Origin: the human T2T-CHM13v2.0 reference genome, Homo sapiens
DNA length: 64,000 nt
Strand: one strand, 5' to 3'
Assembly: GCF_009914755.1 (NCBI RefSeq)
Contig: NC_060935.1
The notes under the pieces are model-generated. The model had not been told where the DNA came from. It worked only from the letters and a program-made list of their open reading frames with translations, and made no database searches. Both the position numbers and the translations under genes were made by a program. Shown piece after piece: positions 45,432-56,200 of this stretch. The first letter of the stretch is position 1. The number at the start of each line of letters is the position of its first letter.

Positions 45432-45808
45432 TTCAGTTGTATAGTATTCACATGAGCATGTGAAATTTCAGGTAGTCTTTTCAAGATTCATTGAAAATTG
45501 TTACCTAGTATCTCAAAGCTGTACCATTGCTTCAGTCTCCATCTTTTCTTGACCTAACCTAACTTCACATTTTGTCCCATTGTCTCCTTACACTCCCAAA
45601 GAGAAATGACTAGTATATGTTCATTGAAGCCCTAAAACCACTTCACTATTTCTAGTGACTATAATGATCATCCCTCAAAAGTGAGAAAATCCATGCTATT
45701 GTGTTCTCTTCTGTTTTTCCAGCATGGTGATTCCTTAGACTTACTCTGCATGACTTATTTGGAATTTCAGTTTCACACAAAAGGAAAGTTAAAATCATTT
45801 ATATTTAC

Positions 45809-46540
45809 CTTTTTGGGGATCTGACGTATTTGGAAAGAGTTTTGAATTATTGGTGAATTTTAAGGTAGGCTGTAGAGTTGTTTTTTCTTGATAAGGGATA
45901 AACCCAGTGAAGCTATCACTGTTTGTGGTAAGCCATCCACTTGGTTCCACTATCAAGGGGGTCACAGATGGAGAAGTTGGTTCTGAAGAGAGGATGCTAA
46001 CTGTAATGGAACTGTTATCAGGAGTTTTCACGGTGTCATTGACCAAAGACCAAGTGAAGTTTTCTGAAGACAGAGCAGGTGTAGCATTGGGATGTGCTGA
46101 GATGGGCAAAAGATCTTCATCTGCTATAGGTGCATTCCAAGGCACTTTAGAAACAAAGCTATGGATCAAGGGAGGGCTTGTGGAAATGGTAGATGTGGGT
46201 TTTAGACTGCCCAAAGAATGCTCTGCTGACGAGTTACTGGAGAAATCTGTTATTCCGTGGCTGTTGTTGGGTAGATTCAAAGGAGGGGAATGACTCGCCT
46301 TGAGATTTGAGGTGGTTATATTTTCTTTATCTGAGTTTAAGTTTGCTTCACTTTCCAAAGAAATAGGTTTATTTTCCATTGTTTTAAAAACTTCTGCAAT
46401 GTTCTGTGTTGTGTTTATGTCTTGATTTTCTTTTCCATGGCTCCCCGATAGAAGTGAATAAAACAACGTTGAAATCAACAGAATTTTGGCTAAGGCCAAC
46501 ATTGTAGGCTTCTTTGGTATTGGTTTTTTTTTAAAGGAAT
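45809..46540 (-). CDS. MUC15: MUC15 large exon: signal peptide plus S/T/P-rich ectodomain (main ATG at 46502)
   Basis: ctttcag|ATT...AAAAG|gtaaat; ORF 45795..46502 MLALAKILLISTLFYSLLSGSHG...; 10 N-X-S/T sequons and no tandem repeat; spliced CDS from this ATG is 334 aa. Confidence 0.97.
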
Positions 46541-47644
46541 CTGAAAGAAAATAACCATAATTTGAATTCCTTAAATAAAATACTCTGAGTTTTTAAATGG
46601 ATCTATATATTTTAAAGTGATAAAAATCTAGACATAATATAGAGATGGTAATATCATATTTTTATTCCAAAATTGCTTATTTTGGATTATGTACTTAAAT
46701 TAGTGCCATTGAGTACTGCTTTCCACGTAATCTTTCTTCCTTCCTTGCTTCTAGGGAAATGCCATGCAAAAACTTCCTCAAGCCACACACTGCTATTTCA
46801 AAGACCATTTAGCTTGGGAAAAGGTGGAAGAAAACCATAAAAACCCACCCACTCACACATACACGTATATTTAAAACATGTATATGAACTGTTAAATAAC
46901 ATTTTAAAAATATTGTAAATATAGACCATGTAGAGCTGGCTGATTTCTTCAATCTATTTAAGAAAACGCATTCTTTATAAAGATGTCATTTGAAATATTT
47001 ATTATGAAAATGACATTACTGACTATACATTAAATGCACCATATATTAGATTTTTTTAAAGTGAGTCAGTCAGGAATACCCTTGAATACATTTTATTAGT
47101 ATCTAGTTTGAATTAATACTAGTCATGAAATAACTCATGAATTTGAATGTATCCCTTTTCCACAATACTTTTCATTTCATGATGTCCTTCTTGCTACTTA
47201 ATCCCTAACTGGGGAGATTCAGAAGCCTTCTAGATTTAAGGATATTCTTTAATCTTACTCTCTTATTTTATAAAAGAAGAATATGGTTGGGGTGTGTGTG
47301 GAAAAATAAGCTAGATAATTGCAGATTGGGTCCTGATCTCCAATCCAGGCACATCATTCCGCCTCTTAAGTGTGGAAGTGCCACAATTCATAAATAGGGT
47401 GATATAGGAAAATGTTTTGAAATCAGATTTATATTAAAATTCTGGCTTCTGACACAAAATAACTCATGAAAAATAATCACCATAATAAGCAGTTGCTTTA
47501 TCATCATTATAATTAACTTCAGAGTGTTGTTCTGAAGACTGAATGGGCTGACTTAGGTAGCAGCACTCTAAACAAGATCTAGCCTAAAGTAAACACTTAA
47601 TAGATGCTAACCTCCATTTAATATTCAAATATAATAATATATCT

Positions 47645-47830
47645 ATAGTGTCTTTTTGGTTACAAAGTTTACAGTATCATCTTATTTGATACTTACAACA
47701 ATCCCTTGATGTGGCAAGAATAGATTGTATTATGCCCATTTTGCAGATGAAGAAACTGAAGCTCACAATGGCTAGTAACAGAAGCTGGAAAATGGAAGAG
47801 GCAATATTTAAAGCCAAGTCAACTGACTCC
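47645..47830 (-). mobile_element. MIR, same sense as MUC15, hosting exon 2
   Basis: cttcagtttcttcatctgcaaaatgggcataat...gggattgttgtaagtatcaaataagat matches the MIR core ctcagtttcctcatctgtaaaatggggataat...gggttgttgtgaggattaaatgagat. Confidence 0.9.
47697..47784 (-). CDS. MUC15: MUC15 alternative exon 2 (88 nt, MIR-derived; ATG at 47739)
   Basis: cattttccag|CTT...GTT|gtaagt; MGIIQSILATSRDC(Y) continues in frame as SFKKKPIPKKPT into the main ATG, giving 361 aa. Confidence 0.85.
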
Positions 47831-48354
47831 AATCTCATTAGAGGCTAAAATTTGCAGTGCTTTTAATGGAAAATTTACTTTAAAAAAATAGACTTTTTTT
47901 TTCTCAAGCAATAAAATCTGAGTACTGATTTCATGTTTTTGAATTGAACCTTATTTTTCACTGAAAGCCTCCATGCTGACTGAGAGAGGAAAAGGGAGGA
48001 GGTACAAGTGCTGTTACTTAGTTCTTGTATTGTGTGCCATTTCTCAACAGCTCTCTGAAATTTTTACAAATATTTTCAGCCTTGTTGATTTTTCATTAGG
48101 GTCTACAGAGCTTCTAAACACTCCCACTAGTTATGTGTTGATTTTAAATAGCAAGTCCTCTCTTACATAATAATTTCTCACATGTGGTACAACGTAAATA
48201 TATCTATAATATATGTTAGTTATCTTCAAAATCTGATACTTCTCTTCAAAAGCTTTTAGCAAGCAATTGCATAATCATATACTTCTAGAATTTTAGACAT
48301 ATTGTATCTTCCATGCCCTATGGTTATCACTTAAGAAAAATCTACTTAAAAATA

Positions 48355-48775
48355 AAAGCTGGCAGACATATGAGAACATTCATAGCGGCATTATTTATAA
48401 GAGCCTCAAACCTAAGTGTTCATTAGTAACAGATTGGATAATAAACTGTGGTATATTCAGATAGTGAAAATTGACAGGCTAGAGCTGTATGCAACGACAT
48501 GGATGATTATCACAAACATAATGCACTGCTTGAAACACCAGTTGTATTGTGTGATTTCATGTATATAAAGTTCAAAAACAGGCAAAAAGCTACAATGATA
48601 CGATTGGGAAAGGGCTTTATTACTGGAAGTAAACAGAATTGATTGGGTGGAGCATGGAAGGAGGTTGTGTGCTGGTGATACTCTATTTCTCAACCTGATT
48701 GTGATTACATAGGTGTTTGTATTTGTGATCATTCTGCTTATTGATATTTCATTCACTTTTCTGTGACAACTAAGA
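48355..48775 (+). mobile_element. Old L1ME-like 3' fragment
   Basis: ataaactgtggtatattca, aagttcaaaaacaggcaaaa and gtgattacataggtgt motifs. Confidence 0.7.
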
Positions 48776-51700
48776 AATTCAGATTGTTCTAAAAATGTTT
48801 AACATAATTGGAAAGTATATTACTATTATGCATTTGATATATCAGCTGCTTTACATATTTTCCATTTAATGCTAACCAAAAATAAACAAATGGTGAAGAA
48901 GGGCTTATTAATCCCACTTTACAGATGATTAAGTGGGACATAAATAATGTAAGTAATGTGTCCAAGGACACACAGCTAGTAACTGAGAGATCGGATTTGG
49001 ATTCAAACCTTGACATGTCTGATTTAAAGCTAGTCAGTATTCATGTTTGTAACATAAGTTGCAAAGGAATATAGAATTTGGTACACAGCTGCTTTTTAGA
49101 ACTTCTTCCTACCATAGTTTTTTTTTTAATACAGCCTCTCCAAATTTAATTATTTTAACCAGAGCAGTTTATAATCCCATTTTTACAAAACACTGATAAT
49201 ATAAGTCTTTCTATCTTCAAAGGACCCATTAAATACACTAAATATGCTTTTGCTGTAATTTAAGAAAATCACGACAACTGTCTATTATGGTTTCTAGATG
49301 GACATCTTTACCATGAAGTTTACAGATTAGCATTTACAAAGCATGAATGATTATCTCTGGCACCTGTAGTTGACCAATATTTACTTAAATTGATGCCTCA
49401 CCTAGTGTGTTTAAAATATAATTCAGTTTAGTTTAAAAATAGTTATGTGTACCTTTTCAGAAACATCTCTCTCCTGTGAACTCTGCAAAGTTCACAGCAA
49501 ACATAATGCTCCTTTTCATTATCTACGGCATGTGATCTAATTTGTCAATTGTACTTAGCCACTATTTTCAGCATTATTATGGCATTCGATTTATTTTCTC
49601 TATATCTAGTTGTTTTGCTATTTTTCTCTTCCTAATAAAGTGGTCACCAGTGGGGGGAAAAATGTCCTTAGCTGTTCTTCTATTTTTCTTATAATATTAT
49701 GTGAGAGACATGGCATTGAGCTTTCATTACCTGCCTGTAATGAAAATCTACACATCAAGAGTCAATAAAGTGAATTCTGTTGTTCCTGTTTCACCTTGCC
49801 TGTGACATTGAACCACCAAGGGGATCTCTCATTCCTTTACCCAGCTTTTGATTGTAACTTGAAAACCTAGGGTATCAACACCCCCAAACGTGCGAAGCAC
49901 TCTGTTACTGCCTATAATTTATCTCCCAGGAAAAGGAGAGAAATGGAAGAGAGGGGTAGTTCAGTATGTTGTGAATACTATTAAATATTTATGGTTTATT
50001 CAGAAATTTATACACTACAGATAAGGCTTTTGTGAAGACGGATTGTCCTGACATTGCAGTAGGGACAAGTTTGCCTCTGCTGCCTGGCTTCTAGGAGAGC
50101 CAGGTTACGCCACTTACTCAGGTTCCTTTCATCTTAAAGTCGTAGAAGCAGCCAGGAATTGAAGTCATCCGTTATTCAGAACCCCACCATGAAATTTTGC
50201 TGGAGTAAGGTCCAGGAGATTTGGCCGAAGTTTGACCTCATGCCAACTGAACAAAGCACATTGCAAGTGACAGAAGCCTAATGGAGGTGGGACAGCAACT
50301 CCAGAGGGCAACAAATGAAATCTATATATGTTTTACTTTCGTGTGTGCTTTCCTTTTAGCCTCTCTCCATCTCTGGAGTTCAAATATCTAACTCTATGTT
50401 ATATACTTGCTTTATAAAGCTGAAATGATGATGGATTATGGATGGTATCCCTGAGTGCACCCAAGTTCATCTGTCAGCCAGGTGCACTGTGGGGGCAGAC
50501 AGAAGGTGGGATGAAAGAAAAGTAGAATTGCAGAGGGAGAGAAATCAGGAGAACCCAGTAAAGATTTCACCTCCTGATCTTTGCCTCTTTTTGCATCTGG
50601 GTGGTAGCTCCTAAGAGAAATTTTGAAGTTATAAAATAGAGGTTTAGGATCATCACAAACTCGAAAACCTTCTAAAGGTAGAATTACTATAAAGTGAACA
50701 GAGAAAGAAAGGAGGATTTCCAGTTCCTTTGTGATACCTTAAATACAGATTCTAAACTTTCCTGTATATATTAACATTTTTTTTGTTTTAAAATTTAACT
50801 AGTTTTAAAATATATTTTCATAGTGTCACTGTTTTAGAACAACTCCTCTACAGAGGGAGAATGAACACGACTTTCGCCTTCTTTGTTACTGGCACTGGAA
50901 AGTGGTTTCACATTATTACTTTTGTATGGAGGGCTGCAGAAAGTGATGAGAAAAAACAAAAACAAAAAACACCTCTGGCCAGTAAGGGAAGCAAACCCAC
51001 ATTCACTGTCCATATTTTTGCTTCCTTTTAAATGCATAAAGTCATTATTCTGTCCAGGCTCTCTGTTGAAATCATGGGTCATACTTATTTTATACCAAGA
51101 TTTGGAAATAAGGAGATGTCCTGGTTTATGTCAGGTAATTAACCCATATAAGGGCAAAGAAATGCTACTCATTCTAAACAGAATCAAAATCAGAAATTCT
51201 AAATAGAATCATCAGTTCAGGTATACTGCAGGCATAATATAAAAACATGTTTCTATAGTAAAATCACTGACGACTATACATTGGGCTGCCTTTTCTCCAA
51301 GTTGTGTTTGATCATTTCTTCTCACAGATGTTAGGCTACAAATTAAGACAGATGGGTTTTGTTTGTCTCTCAAAGAAAACTCTGTCTGCTATGTAGCTAA
51401 CATCTCAGGAAGAACTTGAGTGTTACTCTGAGTGACTTTTTCCAATGTTGGACAGTATTTTTAGTTTCCTAAATTCAAGAGCAACAATAAATGAGGACAT
51501 AAGACATCCTTCTAAAAATGCCTCTTTTATGAGAGGGTTTTGGAAGCGTAACCAACTAGAAAAAGGATTGTGACTGAGAAACTTAGGCCTCTCATTTTAC
51601 TTTTATGTGATGTAAAAAGAAAGAAAAAATAAAAAAGAAAAGACTGGCTTTCTTTCAAGAAAAAAACAAATTTCAGAAGTTTGAGAACATTATTCTGGCT

Positions 51701-52229
51701 AAAAGACTTAGGCTATGTAACTACAGGAAAAATGTAGAGTTTGTCATATGACCTGCTACCTTGGGAGTTTTCAGTCATAAACTTCAGTACTTAACTAATT
51801 AGTGATGAGTGTCAAGCTTAGAAAGAAAGAAAGTTTCTCCGAAAGGAAAGTTCTAGATCAAAATTTTCAAGCATAGGGTTTCCAGCCTTCTGTATCATAC
51901 TGTAATGTCTATAGGAGCAGCCTCTACAGACTAAATAGAAAGTAGATAAATGGAAATCAGCATCCTTTTAATAAAAAAAGAGGCTTATATAGCCACAAAA
52001 TGAAAATAATTTTAAGAAATTTTACCACATTTTCATTTCATAGGATGTTTTCTGTAGTAACTGATGTAACCTTTTAGATTTCCAGTGAAAGTTAGACATG
52101 TACACATATCATGCTAAATAATTATATGTACTGTACAACAGTTTCCCAACTTTTTAATTAAGAAAATCTTTGAAAAAGATTTATAGAAGCTTCTAATCTA
52201 TTTTATTAGAAGATTTTTTCCAAAACTAT

Positions 52230-52273
52230 TCTAATACTTAAAGCAAAAACCTCTAATACTTAAAGCAAAAACC
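52230..52273. repeat. Perfect 22-bp tandem duplication
   Basis: tctaatacttaaagcaaaaacc x2. Confidence 0.95.
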
Positions 52274-52684
52274 TTTCAGCACAAATGCATAATTTAAATC
52301 TAAGATTCAATTTATATTCATGCTGCCACTTCCACTTTAAACATTTTGAAACCTTTACTAAGATCTGACTTAAGAAAATTCTATTTCATAGTCACGTATG
52401 TTTTAAATAAGGCTTTTATTTAACTCTTCTGCTGGTTCCGTAATCTAGCAAATTTGGCAGTAATTTTTAAAGCTAACTCATTTAGGAGTGCAAATACTCA
52501 TTTGGAAGGTCATTACTTAATAAAACAACTACTTGTCTCTGCAAGGATTGCCGTAGCTACTTGCCAGGCTGTTCTGTCAAAGTTGAGACCACTGCGATTC
52601 TCTTTGGTAAATAATCAAGGAAGAGAGAGAGTAGAGAGTGAAAGAGAGAAAGCGAGAGACCTAAGTGACCCAACGCACACTTAC

Positions 52685-52930
52685 CTTCAGGCTTAGGAGG
52701 TATTTACAATCAGGAACTGAAATATCACAGTTGTCCTGTCTGAAAGGAATCTGTCGTGCATTAGAGAAAACAGATGGGTTAAGTGTGACAATGTCGCACT
52801 GAGCAGGAGGGTGCCAGGGAAACAAAATTAGGTGGGGCTGGCTGTATCTTGCTTGTGTAACAGAGCGCCCAGGAACCTGACTGACCTGCTTCTCAGCTGT
52901 AAGCATTAAGATATCACCTCATTCAGGCCT
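52685..52930 (-). other. MUC15: MUC15 first exon (5' end approximate)
   Basis: Consensus donor AAG|GTAAGT at 52685/52684; non-repetitive and locally more GC-rich; the TSS cannot be fixed from sequence alone. Confidence 0.75.
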
Positions 52931-53200
52931 TTAACAACAACAACAAAAGCCCAACCCTCCAGTTTTCATAGGTTGATCGTTTTAGCTTTGGGACAAGGTA
53001 TTACTCTCGTCAGTGGTAGCAAAACACGGGTCATCAATTTTTTTTTTCACCCTAAGTGAAAAAAAGGACAAAGATTTTGGCAAAGTCATCTGGTATAGCA
53101 GGAATTTCTGACATGTGCTGGGCCCCCTGCTCCTTGCAGGTGAGGAATCCAAACAAGTCATGCCCTGCACTTGTTGCTCTATGCCAGCCGCACATTCTCT
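52930..53200 (-). promoter_or_regulatory. Putative MUC15 proximal promoter
   Basis: Unique sequence upstream of exon 1; TATA-like TATGAAAA on - at 52963-52970; no CpG island. Confidence 0.45.
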
Positions 53201-56200
53201 GAAATCATAAACAATTTTTCTGTACTCTAGTAGATTGCCCTATTTGTGTACTTAAAGCCTAAGTAGAGAAAATGTAGTGGGGTCAGTAGTGAGGCGTCTA
53301 TTCTGAGGTCCACTGAAATTGTTTTTTTAAGAAACTCCTACTTAACACAAAGTGAATTAGTAGCATATATTGGGATCCCTGAGAACGCTGTGAGGTGTTA
53401 CATGAAAAATAATCATCATGACTGAGATTCGGTTTCTTGCTGACTTTCAGGAGTTTGGAGAGGAACTGGGGCCTGAGAATGGCCATGTGATCCTCACTTA
53501 TCCTAGGAGCCTTCTCGATTAAGTAGTTTCCACCCTGTGTTCTCTCTGGTTTACTCTCACTTTAGAAGCTGGAGAATTTCAGAAGTGCCCAGGTAATGCT
53601 TGATTAAATACTAGAGTTGAATAACAACTTGGCATACTTCCTACACTTCCTTTCAGAGCTTATGAAAGGGAGAAGAGTGAAACTGGGATCTTCCGCACAT
53701 CAGCGTTTGGGGATGGCGCCAAGGGCCGTTCAGCTCAATATGCCTGAGGTTCATACTTGGTTTCTGCTGCACAAGGAGATAGGTTTTCAACTGCTGAGCG
53801 AGAAACGAAACTTTAGCTAAAATGCAGGAGCTAGTAAGCTTCAAATGGAATGCAAAGAATCTGCCCAGTTAATTGGCCCGAGGAAAGAACAAGGTAATTC
53901 TATAGTTTTAAATTTTCTGAAGCCCAAAGGCCCCTTCAGAGTTTGATTAGAAATTAAACCAACCCCGAAAAAATATTGTCTCAAAAGATATTTAAGCTGT
54001 CTCTACTGTGGTACGAAGAAAAGCAGGTTAAATTTAATCAAACAGTTAGTTACTGAACAGTGGCTTAATAGAATTCAATGGCTTATTTTCAGATTAGCCA
54101 CTTTTTAGGTAAAAATCCAACTAAATATATTTTCTGTTTGTAGTTAGAGAACTGAACATGATTGGGCAGGACTGGGTGCACCTTTTCCCTAGGCCTTTTC
54201 TGCAATATGTGTGGGAATATCATTATCCCCTTCTGCCTTAACCATAGTAATTATGGCTTATACCAGGCATAAACATTGCAATGCACTTTTGCTATAGCTC
54301 TCCGTTTTCACTGCCATAAAAGTCCCGCTAATTTCTCATGTTGCTTTTTCCTGAAGACCCTTTCTGTGGGCCCAGAATCCTATTCATCATTGCCCTCCTT
54401 ACAATCATAATCAATTGATTAGACCTCACCCTAGAGATAAACCTTACCTACCCTCACTGTCTTGAGCACATCTGGAAATAAACTTATAAAATGTAAACTG
54501 TACGTAAATTTAATGCCTCAGTTGTTACTTAGCTCACTTAGTTGTTATCAGAAACCTTTGTTTACTCATGGAGTTGGAGTTAAAAAGTAATTTCTAGCCA
54601 AACAAACAAGTTTCACTGAGATACAGTCCTAGGTTCTAGGTAAGACCAATCCCACTTTAGACCTCCTTTCTCCAGAGGAACTCCACAATGAGAGATAATT
54701 ACCTGCAATTTCATCAGCAAACCCAGCTGAGATGACACACTGTGCAGTGCTTGTATAATTTTTTTTGGTACTTACCCACTATGGTGCCTTTCATCTGGCA
54801 CTCACCAATTGCTTTACACTCATTAATTACGTTTCACAATACATACTGGGAGGAAGAAAAACCTCTTCCTAGTCTGCAATGATAGAACCACTCACAAGTG
54901 GAGTTTCCAGAACACGAAGACACATGAATATCACTAATGGATCTGAATACAGAAGCAGACATAGCTTGGGACCACACTTCAAACTAATTGAAAACATTGT
55001 TTTGAATCCAAAAGAGTATCTTTTTGTACAAATCCTATAGCATCAAATCTTGATGCTGATGTCACATGTAGGGAATTTGCATTGATCAGATTCACTGATA
55101 GCATATTTAGTCTGATACAGGCTACAAGTGGAATTCATGTTTGTTTCCCCATAGGGACATAGGTACTTTAAGCAAATAAGAAATATTTGAATAATAGTAA
55201 AATAAATTACATTATGAATCTATTATTTGAGAGTATTTTAATGATATTCTTTATAAATAAAATAGAATTTAACGGCTGGGAAATGTATTTGGGGATAACA
55301 TTTAATTTATTTCAATATTCTATTAGGATAGAAATAGAGGGATTATTCTCATAAATGCTAATGGTTGTTTATTATTCAAGTTTATCTTTCTCTGGTAAGT
55401 AATATGGTGCTATAATAAGATCTTCTTCACTTAACTATAACTTTTTGGAAAGGTCAAATATTCCATTTTGGGGTTAAGGAAATTCTAGGACAATGCCCTT
55501 GGTTAAGCAGAGGTTATGATATTGCATATACATATATGCAAGTATACATACTTGCATGCATACATACATAAATGGTGAGCTAAAGAAAGTTGTAAACCTG
55601 GTCAATCAACTAAAAATAACTTTAAAGGATAGATCTTTATGTGATTTGGGGCATTTAATTCGACCATAGTTAAAAGAATTGAATGATAAGACTATAGCAA
55701 AACCTGTTGCATTTCTATCTATATATTTATGTGAACCTGTTTTCTTAGTAAACATTTTGAAATATAAAATATATAATTGAAAATACCATATTGTAACAAT
55801 ATAAAATATGAATTGAAAAACAAACACAAACCCTATTGATATCCTTAAGAATATAACAGTCTTAGATTTTGCATTTAATATTCATTAAAATTTAAAATTG
55901 ATTATATTGTTTTATTACTTCTGATGATTACTCAATTCTAATTGTTTTTTAAGGTAAGAGCCTAATGGTCACAAGAAATTTTAAAAATTTAAACAATTGC
56001 TATCTCATTTTTAAAATTATTTTAGAGTACTATGCAAGATAATCAACACTTTCAAACATAAATATATATTAGAAATATTTTGAAGTAGAAATTGGATGGA
56101 AATAGATTTAAAGATAAAATGAACAATTTAAATTTTGCAACAGATTAGTGCTTTTTAAAGGTATATTTTTAAAGAGACACAATTAGGTATAAAATACTAG

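Noticed and set aside
45907-46293. 128-aa + strand ORF
   Set aside because: Antisense shadow of the MUC15 S/T/P-rich exon; no independent support.
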